A stretch of 64,000 nucleotides of DNA, taken from positions 19,426-83,425 of the forward strand of contig CAWIOS010000014.1 in NCBI GenBank assembly GCA_963837815.1, written 5' to 3'. Position numbers and translations under genes: made by a program. This DNA comes from Ignavibacteriota bacterium (lineage in GTDB: Bacteria > Bacteroidota > Ignavibacteria > UBA10030 > UBA6906). Within the stretch, counting starts at the first letter, position 1, and every line of letters starts with the position of its first letter. The notes under the pieces were generated by a model. The model searched no databases, was not told the origin of the DNA, and saw nothing but the letters and a program-made list of their open reading frames with translations. Below, in pieces: positions 1 through 11,332 of this stretch.

Positions 1-26
1 TATTCACGCCGATCCTTCGGATTGTT

Positions 27-1022
<996 letters not shown>

Positions 1023-1715
1023 TCACTGTTGGTATTGCTTTTTCGCCTCGTATCGAATCCAAAGTATACCGTTCTTCCGTTCTTCGAAGGATTTGAGTTT
1101 GAGAGGAACCGCGACCTTCCTGGAAGGGCTCACGCCATCGAACACTGCAGGGATATCATGGCGGCCGTCGATGCCGGGTACAAGCAGAATGCTCACCTCA
1201 TCAACAAGACCGGCCTCGAGGAACGCCCCGTTGATGTGGCCTCCTCCTTCGAGCAGCAGCGTCTTTATCCCAAAATGCTCGCCAAGCAGGCTCATTGCTT
1301 GATTGAGATCAACCCGATTCGCACCTGTGACAATGTAAGAGATTCCTTTCTTCTCCAGCGTCGAAAGGTAGTCGCCGGGGGTGCGTTCACTTACCACGCA
1401 GATCAGGTGATCCCCGTCGATGTCACCGCCGGACCAGCGGAGTTTGCCAAGCGTGTCAACAGAGACTGCATAGGATTTGGACTTCCGGGCCACATGCACG
1501 TCCCGCGGTCCCGCCCGCCTGTTCGATTGTGAAGTGAAGGGCCTTTTTTCCGCGAAATGTCGCTGCATCGTAACGCGGCCACATATCCATGCATCACCCT
1601 TCAGCAATGCGCCGGTGGCCTCGTATTCGCCGCCGCCTGTCATCGCTTTGAGCGCTGTGCCTTCGATCTTGCCGTCAACAGACGATAGCATATGACAGAT
1701 AATATAGGGTCGCAT
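1023..1715 (-). CDS. RibD C-terminal/dihydrofolate reductase-like protein
   Basis: CHMLSSVDGKI, LLLEGGGHING, GLVDE motifs; 12 bp gap to the AKR gene. Confidence 0.85.
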   Translation of the reverse strand: MRPYIICHMLSSVDGKIEGTALKAMTGGGEYEATGALLKGDAWICGRVTMQRHFAEKRPFTSQSNRRAGPRDVHVARKSKSYAVSVDTLGKLRWSGGDIDGDHLICVVSERTPGDYLSTLEKKGISYIVTGANRVDLNQAMSLLGEHFGIKTLLLEGGGHINGAFLEAGLVDEVSILLVPGIDGRHDIPAVFDGVSPSRKVAVPLKLKSFEERKNGILWIRYEAKKQYQQ

Positions 1716-1873
1716 GTCACGTTCCTTTTATGCGCCGGGATTCATTGATGATAAATATATGAATTCCGAAATGAGTCCTATATCCCATTGTTACGTGAAG
1801 ATTGCCTAATCCTCCAGAAGTCTGGAGTCTCAGGGCTGGATTGACTATCTTATGCGAAACATTGGAGCGGGCA

Positions 1874-2794
1874 ATGACGAAGACATCTGAAGCGGCGTTG
1901 GCCGGGCGCTTGCTTTCCACAGCATTGAAATACTGCAAAGACGAGGGGCACAATCCGACACCCCTGCCGGGGCTGACGGTGATCAGGCGGGAGAGGACCA
2001 TGCAGGCCACGCCTGGCATGTATACCCCGGCGGTCTGCTTCGTCCTGCAGGGGGAAAAGGCGGTATGGACCGGTAACCAGGTCTACCGCTATAACCCCAC
2101 GAACTATCTTGTGACGTGCGTCGATATCCCGGCGATTGCCGAAGTCGTCGCGGCTTCGGCGATGCATCCCTTCATTTGCCTCAAGCTTGACCTCCAGGCT
2201 TCACTTGTTTACGAGATATTACAGGAGACGTCCCCGTTCGGAATGCGCACCGGCGAAGATGAGGGAGGATTTTACGTGGAGAAGGTGACGCCGGATCTTG
2301 CGGGGGCCTTTGCCCGCCTGATGGCGGCGCTGGAAAACAGGAATGATCTCAGGGTGCTCGCCCCTTCCATTGTCCGTGAGATCCATTACCGGTTAATGAA
2401 CTCCCGGTTCGGCGCAAAGATACGCCAGCTTGGTGTGGTCGGAAGCAAGACCCAGAGGATAGGAAAAGTCGTGGAACACCTGCAAAAGGACTATGCAACT
2501 CCCCTGCGGGTTGCCGACCTTGCGCGTATGGCAAACATGAGTCCATCTGCTTTTCACCTGCATTTTCGGCAGGTGACGAGCATGAGTCCTCTCCAGTACC
2601 AGAAACATATAAGGCTCCAGGAAGCCCGGCGGCTCCTGAGCGTCGAGACCACGGACGCGGCGAGCGTTGCGTACCGGGTGGGCTATGAAAGCCCGTCACA
2701 GTTCAGCAGGGAGTACAGAAGGCTGTTCGGCCAACCGCCGATGCGTGACATGGAATATCTCTCTCATGCAGCACAACGGCAGGCAGGAGGATGA
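1874..2794 (+). CDS. AraC-family regulator (YqhC-like, AraC_N + HTH)
   Basis: MSPLQYQKHIRLQEARRLL and VGYESPSQFSREYRRLFG; ATG at 1874 preceded by GGAG; divergent from the reductases. Confidence 0.93.
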   Translation: MTKTSEAALAGRLLSTALKYCKDEGHNPTPLPGLTVIRRERTMQATPGMYTPAVCFVLQGEKAVWTGNQVYRYNPTNYLVTCVDIPAIAEVVAASAMHPFICLKLDLQASLVYEILQETSPFGMRTGEDEGGFYVEKVTPDLAGAFARLMAALENRNDLRVLAPSIVREIHYRLMNSRFGAKIRQLGVVGSKTQRIGKVVEHLQKDYATPLRVADLARMANMSPSAFHLHFRQVTSMSPLQYQKHIRLQEARRLLSVETTDAASVAYRVGYESPSQFSREYRRLFGQPPMRDMEYLSHAAQRQAGG

Positions 2795-2855
2795 ACCGTC
2801 CGTCGCAGGCCTCAATTTGTCCTGAGAAGTGGGATACGAGCTGCCGGTTGCTCCT

Positions 2856-5249
2856 TTATCCTTCTTTCGTTCCCTCCGTGTCTGACATGCCCAACCCCAT
2901 CGAGCGCAGAACCTCGAGATATCGGGGGTCGTGATGGACAATCCGGAATTCCCGCCAGGCCCTGGAATTCGGCAGCAAGACCGACTTCTGTTCTCGTGCC
3001 CTCCGGATCCATGCGATTGTGCTGTCCGCATCACCCAACCCCGCATAGACCATCGCAATCGCAACCGGTTCAGGGGAAGCGCTCCCGTTGCCGGTCAGTA
3101 ATCCCTGAAGAATCACCCGTGCGCGGGACTTCTCGCCCAGCGCCGCATACCGGTGGGCGACAAATCCCAGGTTGTTGCTTGAGAGTCCGGCAAGAGGCAG
3201 CCCGTCAAGAACCTCGAGGGCTTCCTTCGATTTTCCCTGTTCCTGCAGAATTTCACACCGAAGGGTCTTCCCGAAGAAGAACCGGGGATCGATGTCATGA
3301 ATCTTCTGGACAACTGCATCGGCGCTGGCATAGTCTCCTCTGTCCAGGTACGCTTCGGCAAGATTCGTCAATACGATCGGGGAATATGGGTCCAGCTCCG
3401 CTCCTTTCTTCATTATCGTGAATGCCTGATCGTCTTTCCCCATTTCGCTCAGGAAAATGAAGTACCAGTGATACGCGGTGGCATACCCGGGGGCCTTCTC
3501 GATCGCCAGTTTGAATTCCCGTTCGGCATCTTCCCAGTCCCAGGTGTATTCCCGTATCAACCCGAGCACGGCATGCGCTTCGCCGAGGGAGTTATCAAGT
3601 TCAAGGGAACGCACCGCTTCGTCGGACGCGAGCTTCATCATGCCCTCGGATCCCTTATCCGCATACTGTACCATAAGAGCATAGGTCTCTGCAGTCCCGA
3701 GATGAGCCAGCGCGAAATTGCGGTCGAGTGCGATGGCCTGGTGAAAATAGTCCAGCGCGCGTTCGAGGTCCGGGGCGGTCCTTTTGTTCCAGCAGTACTT
3801 TCCCTGGAGGTAGAGCCGGTACGCGGCAGGATTGGTGGTCAGGGCCCGTTCGGGTCCGGCCGATGATGCAGTGGCGTCGGGGTCGATCCTTCGTAAGACC
3901 TCCCCGACGATCTCGTCCTGCACGGTGACGAGATCATCCATGGTACGCTTGTAATTGTCCCCCCACACCTGTGAGAATTCCCTGACGTCCACAAGCTCAA
4001 GGCTGAGGTCGAGCCGGTTTCCCCGTTGGACGATCCGTCCGCTGAGCACCGCATCGACACCGAGGTCTTTGCCGATGCTCCCCGGGTCCTTTGCCGAGCC
4101 CTTGAAACGGAACGAGGCGCTCCGGGGAATCACGCGCAGCCGTGGAATCTTCGAAAACTTGTTGATGATCCCCTCGGTCACCCCGTCGCTGAGATACTCC
4201 AGGTCGGGGTTTGCTCCGACGTTTTCGAACGGGAGCACAACGAGCGAGCTGATCTGTCCCGTGTGCCGCCCGAGATATATCCACGCGGCTGCGAGGCAGA
4301 GCACGAACGCGAGCGACCCGAGGCCGATCATGATCGCCCTGCGTCTCCCCCCACCCCCGTTCCCCGGCAGGGGAGCCGATTCCCCGGTCGCACTGATCCC
4401 CGGGATTGCCGGTGCGGGTGTGCTGCGGCCTGTCAGGCGCTTCCCCGAATCCCGCTTGCAGCGTCTCAGATCTACGGAGACCTGTTTCGCGGACTGCATC
4501 CGCTCATTGGGATCTTTTGCCAGGCACTGACCCACAATCCGATCCAGCTCCGGGTCGATGCCGGGCTTGATCGCCGACATCGGTGGAGCGTCGACATTCA
4601 CGATCTCATACGCCATCGCGGTCTCGTGCGTCCCGTGGAAGGGGAGATGCCCCGTAAAGAGCTCAAAAAGCACAACACCGAGCGAGAATATGTCCGAACG
4701 ATGGTCTGCGTCGATACCCTGCACCTGTTCCGGTGACATGTAGCCAGCCGTGCCGATGGTGCTGCCGTTGTGCGTCAGCCTGGAAACCCCCTGGAGTTTG
4801 GCGACTCCAAAGTCCATGATCTGGACAATCCCGTCCTTCCTGACCATGATGTTGTCCGGCTTGATGTCGCGATGAACTATCCCCTTTTCATGCGCGGCAG
4901 CAAGGCCATCGGCGATCTGGATCCCGATATCGAGTGATTGACTCAGAGAAACGGCCCTGTGCTCGCGGAGCGTCTCGCCGTCGATGTACTCCATGACGAT
5001 AAAAATCTGGCCGTCATGTTCCTGTATATCAATGACAGAGCAGACATTCGGATGGTTCAGGGCCGCGGCCGCCTTTGCCTCCTGCATGAATCGAGCCTTG
5101 TCCTGGTCAGACGCCCTCAGGTGAGGCGGGAGGAATTTCAACGCGACCGGCCGGTCAAGTTTCGTGTCCTCGGCCTTATAAACAACACCCATGCCGCCCT
5201 CGCCGAGTTTTTCGAGGATTCTGTAGTGAGAAATGACTGTGGGGACCAA
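2856..5249 (-). CDS. Hanks-type Ser/Thr kinase with a hydrophobic helix, TolB-N-like domain and TPR repeats
   Basis: GEGGMG, VALK, HRDIKPDN, DFG, MSPE; hydrophobic IMIGLGSLAFVLCLAAAWIYL; VVLPFEN; helical TPR-like repeats; TTG start. Confidence 0.92.
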   Translation of the reverse strand: MVPTVISHYRILEKLGEGGMGVVYKAEDTKLDRPVALKFLPPHLRASDQDKARFMQEAKAAAALNHPNVCSVIDIQEHDGQIFIVMEYIDGETLREHRAVSLSQSLDIGIQIADGLAAAHEKGIVHRDIKPDNIMVRKDGIVQIMDFGVAKLQGVSRLTHNGSTIGTAGYMSPEQVQGIDADHRSDIFSLGVVLFELFTGHLPFHGTHETAMAYEIVNVDAPPMSAIKPGIDPELDRIVGQCLAKDPNERMQSAKQVSVDLRRCKRDSGKRLTGRSTPAPAIPGISATGESAPLPGNGGGGRRRAIMIGLGSLAFVLCLAAAWIYLGRHTGQISSLVVLPFENVGANPDLEYLSDGVTEGIINKFSKIPRLRVIPRSASFRFKGSAKDPGSIGKDLGVDAVLSGRIVQRGNRLDLSLELVDVREFSQVWGDNYKRTMDDLVTVQDEIVGEVLRRIDPDATASSAGPERALTTNPAAYRLYLQGKYCWNKRTAPDLERALDYFHQAIALDRNFALAHLGTAETYALMVQYADKGSEGMMKLASDEAVRSLELDNSLGEAHAVLGLIREYTWDWEDAEREFKLAIEKAPGYATAYHWYFIFLSEMGKDDQAFTIMKKGAELDPYSPIVLTNLAEAYLDRGDYASADAVVQKIHDIDPRFFFGKTLRCEILQEQGKSKEALEVLDGLPLAGLSSNNLGFVAHRYAALGEKSRARVILQGLLTGNGSASPEPVAIAMVYAGLGDADSTIAWIRRAREQKSVLLPNSRAWREFRIVHHDPRYLEVLRSMGLGMSDTEGTKEG

Positions 5250-5367
5250 GGGAGCCTTCTTTGTTGGTGACCGGAGAAGCGTTCAGCCTACTGGCAGAAC
5301 ACCCCTTAAGGAGACTTCCGTGGCAGGGCTGCGGAAAAGAGATGTTTGCAAGGAACGTGGCTGTAAC

Positions 5368-5396
5368 AAGTTAAGGCGATGGGGGGATAATTGCAA
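5368..5396 (-). promoter_or_regulatory. Sigma70-type promoter of the kinase gene
   Basis: Minus strand TTGCAA-17 bp-TAACTT. Confidence 0.5.
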
Positions 5397-5480
5397 CCGT
5401 CTGAGTACTCGCCTGTGACGACGATCATTTCAATTTGGGATAGCTCCTAATTGGAATAAGGACGACAAGAATCCCTGCGC

Positions 5481-7772
5481 TCAGTTTCCGCGCATCCCTG
5501 AGACCGGCGTCAACTCCTCAAGCCCCATGTCGATGTACTGTCCACCTTCTGTCTGCTTGCAGTGGATCGCGAATGTGTTCCGTCCCGGCTTCAGGAGCTG
5601 CTCTGCCTCGATGGAGAGGGGGATGTCCTCGTACTCGGTTGAGTACCCTGCGTATGTGCCGGCGAGCGAACCGTTAATATAGAGTTCCGCGTCCTCGTCG
5701 TGGTGTATCCGCACGTTGAGTCCCGCCAGTTCCCCCTTCGGGATGGATACGTCGCGGCGAATCCAGATATCCGGAGTTTTCCATTCCGTCCTTACGACCG
5801 CGCTGGGTGTTCCGGCCGTACCGAACCCGCCGGGACCTGTTTTCCAGTCCGAGAAATCGAAATCGGGCTCAAACCATCCGGCCTGCGGCTTCTCGAACGT
5901 GTAGCGCCATTCCTGTCCGTTCAGCTCCGACGTCGGGACGACCACGTATACCGTCGGGGGAGGAGGGACCATCCTGAAATCACCCTGGTTGACTGCCGCG
6001 ATCCGCTCCTCTTCAGGTTTAACCACGCTCCTGTCATATGTCATCAGCCCGTTGCACTCGACCTCCACGTCTGTGAGCTGAGTATACACGGCGGCCGAAA
6101 GGCCGGGGTCATCTTTCAGGGCATAAACCGTGCGCATGAACGTCTCATACTTTGACGTGAGTTCCACTCTGTTCCCCATTCCCTGGTATCCCCAGTGCTC
6201 CTTTTTCCAGGTATGCCCGGGGATGGCCAGACCGAGCCCGCCGAATTCGCCGAGAACTATCGCCCTTGACTGTTCGGCTGCCGGAGCCTTCGGTTTCGGA
6301 TACGAGTGTATGTCGTGTACGTCTCCTGCCATCTTGTCGTCCCATCCGCTTGCGTCATTCACGAGACGCGTCGGATCCACGCTCTTCACCCACGCGGTGA
6401 GCCTCTCCGTGTCAAATTCTCCCCACCCTTCGTTGAACACGACCCACATGAGTATCGAGGGATGATTGATGTGCGTCGCGACGAGCCGTGCGAGCTCGGC
6501 TTCGAATTCCTTCTTTCCTTCCGGCGTCTTGTTGTTTGCGCTGGGCATGTCCTGCCATACAATGAGTCCGAGCCGGTCAGCCCAGTAATACCACCGTTCC
6601 GGCTCCACCTTCACGTGCTTGCGCGCCATGTTGAACCCGAGCTTCTTCATCATCACGATATCGTTCTTCAGCGCCTCGTCCGACGGGGCCGCGTAGAGCC
6701 CGTCAGGCCAGAAGCCCTGGTCGAGCGGACCCACCTGCATGACGAACGATCCGTTGAGGAGTATCCGCGTTATCCCGCGCGCGTCTTTCCCGATGCTCAC
6801 GCTCCTCATCCCGAAATAGCTCCCCGCCTCATCTAGGGTCTTCCCTCCGCGCTCCACCGAGACGTGAATGTCGTAGAGGAAGGGATCCGAAGGGGACCAG
6901 GTATGGGCGCCGGGGATGGCGATGGAGATTGGTTCACCAGGGTTTCCCGAGCCTGTGCCGGAAGTCTTCCCTCCTGAACTGACGGTCACGCGCACGCTCT
7001 CCCCGGCTCGTTTCTCCCCCGCAACGTGGACGGTGACGCCGACAGATGACGTGCCCGGATCGGGCGTGATACGTATGTCCGTAATGTGTATTTCGGGGAG
7101 AGGCTCGATCCAGACTGTTTGCCAGATGCCCGTTGTTGACGTATACCAGATGCTGCCGGGTGCCCTGACCTGTTTGCCGCGTGGCTGGTCTCCGCTGTCA
7201 GAGGGATCATACACGCCGACGATCAATTCCTGCGACTTCCCCGGCTTAAGCTGATCGGTGATGTCAAATCCAAACGGGTCGTATCCTCCCCTGTGCGTGC
7301 CGGCGGGTAAACCGTTCACGTACACCGAGGCCTCCCAGTCGACCGCCCCGAAATTAAGAAACACGCGTTTCCCCCGCCACGCCTCGGGGAGATCAAACGT
7401 CCTGCGGTACCAGAGGCGCTCGGCGCTTTTCATGACACCGCTCAGCGCGGATTCGATCGGGAACGGAACGAGAATCTCCCCGCCGAGTTCCTTTCCCGCG
7501 GGGGGTTTTTCCCCTGCTCCGGCCATTGCGTACTGCCACAGCCCGTTCAGGTTCAGCCACTCTTTCCTCGTGAGTTGCGGCCGGGGATATTCCCTGTGCG
7601 CGTTTTCCGGTGTCACAAGCCGACCCCACGAGGTGATCATACGCGCCCCCCTGGCGATGTGCCAGGTGGAGGCCGTAACGGATTTCGCAGAGGTCCCGGA
7701 AGCGAACGTGCAGGTCGTCACAAAAAGAATCGCAAGAAATGCTGTCAGGGTTGGTTTCATTCTATTGTCCAT
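5481..7772 (-). CDS. Secreted GH2 glycoside hydrolase with C-terminal beta-sandwich domain
   Basis: Signal peptide; LNLNGLW, FGAVD, RKHVKVEP, VVFNEGWG (acid/base) and GEFGG (nucleophile); start may be ATG 7760. Confidence 0.9.
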   Translation of the reverse strand: MDNRMKPTLTAFLAILFVTTCTFASGTSAKSVTASTWHIARGARMITSWGRLVTPENAHREYPRPQLTRKEWLNLNGLWQYAMAGAGEKPPAGKELGGEILVPFPIESALSGVMKSAERLWYRRTFDLPEAWRGKRVFLNFGAVDWEASVYVNGLPAGTHRGGYDPFGFDITDQLKPGKSQELIVGVYDPSDSGDQPRGKQVRAPGSIWYTSTTGIWQTVWIEPLPEIHITDIRITPDPGTSSVGVTVHVAGEKRAGESVRVTVSSGGKTSGTGSGNPGEPISIAIPGAHTWSPSDPFLYDIHVSVERGGKTLDEAGSYFGMRSVSIGKDARGITRILLNGSFVMQVGPLDQGFWPDGLYAAPSDEALKNDIVMMKKLGFNMARKHVKVEPERWYYWADRLGLIVWQDMPSANNKTPEGKKEFEAELARLVATHINHPSILMWVVFNEGWGEFDTERLTAWVKSVDPTRLVNDASGWDDKMAGDVHDIHSYPKPKAPAAEQSRAIVLGEFGGLGLAIPGHTWKKEHWGYQGMGNRVELTSKYETFMRTVYALKDDPGLSAAVYTQLTDVEVECNGLMTYDRSVVKPEEERIAAVNQGDFRMVPPPPTVYVVVPTSELNGQEWRYTFEKPQAGWFEPDFDFSDWKTGPGGFGTAGTPSAVVRTEWKTPDIWIRRDVSIPKGELAGLNVRIHHDEDAELYINGSLAGTYAGYSTEYEDIPLSIEAEQLLKPGRNTFAIHCKQTEGGQYIDMGLEELTPVSGMRGN

Positions 7773-10183
7773 TCAAAAATCCCCGCCGAGAAACCGTCTT
7801 GAAGCTGCACCTCGATGCGGAGTGATTCTGTGTTCACCGGTTCGAATGAGACTGGGATCAGCCGGTCCCTTTCGACAACATAGGGGCTCGTGTTCTGCAC
7901 GGGGATCCAGTCCGCCCCGTTTTTGTACAGTATGCGCCATGACGCCGGCACGCGGCATTCTCCTTCGCCCGTGTCGTCAAACCAGTACACATGCGCACGG
8001 GTAACGCTCTGCCCTGCCGGGAAATCGTACTGAACCCACTCTGTCGTCCCCTTGTGCGGCCACCAGTGCATGTACGGGACAGATTCGTCGTGAGAACTTT
8101 TCGGGAGAAGCTGATCGTTGAGCGCGTCGGCCGCCACCCCGCGGGAGGCGGTTGCGGTGCTTCTCCGGGCGAGCGTCTGCGCGGCAAGCGGCAGCGCCCG
8201 GCCGATCGTGCGCGCTTCCCAGACGGTCATCTCGCATTTCCCCCTGTGCGCCCACGCATAGTACGGAATTGCGCGGAATTCCCGGAGGGGGCCCGCAACG
8301 ACTTTTCCATCGATGGTTCGCTCGGCGGTGTATCCCCGCCCGCGAAGGAGGGTAATGCCGTTCAGCAGGTCGGCCCTGAACTCGTTCGTGATCGCGGCGG
8401 TATCCGGGATAACGATGTCTGTGACGTGGCCGTCAGGCGCATCGACCCCTTCGAGGCAATAGACGAGCGGACCCCGCTCGAGCGCCGTGAGCCCCCGGTC
8501 ATCCTCGAGGCTGTCGCATGCGACGATCCGCTGGACGGGCATCGGGAGGACCAATCTGATGCTGTCCCCTTTCTTCCACGTGCGCCGGATCGGGACGTAT
8601 CCGTTCACCCTCCGGAATTCCGCCGGGGTTCCGTTGACGCTGATCGTCACGCCCCCGGCGGCGGGCTGCATCACGCTGTACAACGTTCCCGGGACCGGCA
8701 TACCGGTTGCCCACCCCGGGATCCTGACATTGACCGTAAATTCTTCCGCGCGTGCCGGGTCGAGCGATATGAGCACTTCCCCCTCCCACGGGTACCGTGT
8801 CTCCTGCGTGATCGTCAGGTCCCCGCCGGGACGCGCAATTGTTCCCTTCCCCGACGCGAAAAGGTTGACGTAGACGTCGTTGCCGCGCCTGGCGTAGACG
8901 TAGCCGCCCATCCCGGCAATGAACCGGAGCACATTCGGGGGACAACAGGCGCATCCGAACCAGGGCGAGCGTTCCGCGCCGTGGAACGACCCGAGAGGAT
9001 TGGGATAAAAGAACGTATCGCCGTTCATCGAAACGCCGGAGAGTATCGCGTTAGAGACGACCCGCTCGAGGACGTCGACGTACTGAGCGTCCCCCTCCAG
9101 GAGGAACATCCTCTGGCTCCAGAGCGCCAGCGCAATCGATGCGCATGTCTCGCAGTAGGCGGAAAAATTGGGGAGCCTGTACGCCCCGCTGAACCCCTCA
9201 TTCCTGCCTGCCGCCCCTATCCCACCCGTGATATAGAGCTTCCTGTTGACGACGTCCCGCCAGATCCTGTCGAGAGCCGGAATGTACGTATCGTCTCCGC
9301 CGAGCGCCGTGACGTCCGCCATCCCGGAATACATGTACGCGGCGCGGACTGCATGCCCTTCCGCCCCCTCCTGTTCCAGTATCGGCTTGTCGTCCTGCGC
9401 GTATTCCCCGAGGAGCTCATGTCCCTTTGCGTTCCCCCTCTGATCCAGGAACCACTTCGCGGTGCGGAGGTATTTCTCATCCCCCGTCACCCGGTAGAGC
9501 CTGCAGAGTCCGATTTCGATCTCCTGGTGATCGGGTACTTCGCCTCTCCTTCCGGGACCGAACGTTGCACAGACAAGATCCGCGCTCCTGAGTGCGACAT
9601 TGAGAAGCGATCGCTTCCCCGTCGCCGCGTAATGGGCGGCGGCTGCCTCGTACAGGTGTCCCACTGTGTAGAGCTCGTGGCTTCCGTCTTTCATCCCTAC
9701 CCACCGCTGTTTCCCCCCGGGCGGAGCGTAGTCCGGCCTGATGAGCCTGCGCGGCGTGTAGAGATATCCGTCGGAGTCCTGCGCCGCGGCGATGAACACG
9801 ATGATGGAATCTATCGTCCGCACGATCGCGCTGTCCGGGTGCGCAAGCAGGGAATAGGATGCCCCTTCGATCACCTTGTAGATGTCCGAATCGTTGAACT
9901 GGTACCCCCGGTATTTCCCCTGCTTCAGCCCGGCGGCGAATACGAAGTTGTCGATCCGTCCCGTGTTCTCGCACTCGACGAAGTTATGGGGGAGCGTGAC
10001 GCGCCGGTTCACGTCGACCCTGCGCGACCAGAATCCGTCCGTAAACTGAACGGCGGTAAACGGAATGGGCGTGATCGGGTAATCCCTGCGCGGGACGGCG
10101 GGAGTACCGCCCCGCGATGTGAAGGGAAGGAGGGAAGCCGCGACGGCGGCAGCGATAAGCGGAAGACGCATTGTCATTGTCAC
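7757..10183 (-). CDS. GH127 beta-L-arabinofuranosidase-like enzyme with C-terminal F5/8-like domain
   Basis: FNDSDIYK, HELY, GHAVRA, YCETC and CACCPPN cysteine motifs; signal peptide. Confidence 0.92.
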   Translation of the reverse strand: MTMTMRLPLIAAAVAASLLPFTSRGGTPAVPRRDYPITPIPFTAVQFTDGFWSRRVDVNRRVTLPHNFVECENTGRIDNFVFAAGLKQGKYRGYQFNDSDIYKVIEGASYSLLAHPDSAIVRTIDSIIVFIAAAQDSDGYLYTPRRLIRPDYAPPGGKQRWVGMKDGSHELYTVGHLYEAAAAHYAATGKRSLLNVALRSADLVCATFGPGRRGEVPDHQEIEIGLCRLYRVTGDEKYLRTAKWFLDQRGNAKGHELLGEYAQDDKPILEQEGAEGHAVRAAYMYSGMADVTALGGDDTYIPALDRIWRDVVNRKLYITGGIGAAGRNEGFSGAYRLPNFSAYCETCASIALALWSQRMFLLEGDAQYVDVLERVVSNAILSGVSMNGDTFFYPNPLGSFHGAERSPWFGCACCPPNVLRFIAGMGGYVYARRGNDVYVNLFASGKGTIARPGGDLTITQETRYPWEGEVLISLDPARAEEFTVNVRIPGWATGMPVPGTLYSVMQPAAGGVTISVNGTPAEFRRVNGYVPIRRTWKKGDSIRLVLPMPVQRIVACDSLEDDRGLTALERGPLVYCLEGVDAPDGHVTDIVIPDTAAITNEFRADLLNGITLLRGRGYTAERTIDGKVVAGPLREFRAIPYYAWAHRGKCEMTVWEARTIGRALPLAAQTLARRSTATASRGVAADALNDQLLPKSSHDESVPYMHWWPHKGTTEWVQYDFPAGQSVTRAHVYWFDDTGEGECRVPASWRILYKNGADWIPVQNTSPYVVERDRLIPVSFEPVNTESLRIEVQLQDGFSAGIFEWTIE

Positions 10184-10189
10184 CGGCGC

Positions 10190-11332
10190 CTATTGCGTGG
10201 AGAATCTGTACACTGTCGTGGAGGAGAACTTCTCCCCGGGGCGGAGCACCGTTGTCGGAAACGACGGCTTGTTCGGAGAATCGGGGAAGTGCTGCGTCTC
10301 AAGGCAGAGGCCAGTCCTGTACGCGTACGGTTTCCCCCCCTTGCCGATTGCCGTCCCGTCAAGGAAGTTTCCCGTGTAGAACTGCACCCCGGGCTGTGTC
10401 GTCCACACTTCCATTACGCGTCCCGACGTGCTCTCGGTGACACGCGCCGCGAGTGAGAGCCCAACGCCCGTCCGGTTCAGGACCCAGTTGTGATCGTATC
10501 CCCTGCCGAGCCTGAGCTGTTCGTCGTTCGCGCCGATGCGGGCTCCCACGGCGGTGGGCGTCCGGAAATCCATCGGCGTCCCCTCGACCGGCCGTATCTC
10601 TCCCGTCGTGATAAGCCCCGAATCGACAGGTGTAAACGCGTTGGCGTTCAGCATCACCTGGTGCGAAAGTATGTCGCCGTTTCCCGCTCCGGCGAGGTTG
10701 AAGTACGAATGATGCGTGAGGTTCAGTACCGTAGGCTTGTCCGTCGTTGCGGCGTAGTCGATCCGCAGCTCGTTCGAATCGGTGAGCGTGTACACAACGT
10801 TCACCTTCAGATTCCCCGGATACCCTTCCTCCCCCTCCTTGCTCAGGTAGGAGAGCGAGAGAACGGGCTGTGTCGCGGGGGTGGTTTCATCGACCTCCCA
10901 GACCACCCTGTCGAACCCTTTCAGCCCCCCGTGGAGCGTGTTTGCGCCGTCGTTCACGTTGAGCGTGTACTCTTTTCCGTCAAGCGTGAACCGGGCCTTT
11001 CCGATCCTGTTCCCGTACCGCCCCACGATCGCTCCGAAATACGATTTTCCCGTCATGTATGACGCGAGCGAATCGTATCCGAGGACGACGTCGGCAGGTT
11101 TCTTCGATCTGTCGGGGACCGTGAGGGAAACGACGGTGCCGCCGTAGTTCGTGATGCGCGCCTCCATTCCCGACGCATTCCTGAGCGTGTAGAGGAAAAC
11201 GTCCTTCCCGTCGGCATTGCCGAACGGTGCGCGTGCTCTCCGCGGCGACTCCGGGGTTGATGTCGAGCAGCCCGCAACCGCGAGTGATGCAGCCGCAACG
11301 AGCGTGAGCATGCAGGGGAAAAATTGTGTCAT
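10190..11332 (-). CDS. galM: Aldose 1-epimerase (mutarotase), probable lipoprotein
   Basis: GRYGNRI, LHGG, GYPGNL, HSYFNL, GYDHN, CLETQHFPD; start at ATG 11332 (ATGA overlap with the symporter stop); lipobox LAVAGC. Confidence 0.93.
   Translation of the reverse strand: MTQFFPCMLTLVAAASLAVAGCSTSTPESPRRARAPFGNADGKDVFLYTLRNASGMEARITNYGGTVVSLTVPDRSKKPADVVLGYDSLASYMTGKSYFGAIVGRYGNRIGKARFTLDGKEYTLNVNDGANTLHGGLKGFDRVVWEVDETTPATQPVLSLSYLSKEGEEGYPGNLKVNVVYTLTDSNELRIDYAATTDKPTVLNLTHHSYFNLAGAGNGDILSHQVMLNANAFTPVDSGLITTGEIRPVEGTPMDFRTPTAVGARIGANDEQLRLGRGYDHNWVLNRTGVGLSLAARVTESTSGRVMEVWTTQPGVQFYTGNFLDGTAIGKGGKPYAYRTGLCLETQHFPDSPNKPSFPTTVLRPGEKFSSTTVYRFSTQ

Noticed and set aside
7991-10456. 821-aa plus-strand ORF
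   Set aside because: Antisense shadow of the GH127 gene; no motifs; expected from GC-rich codon bias.
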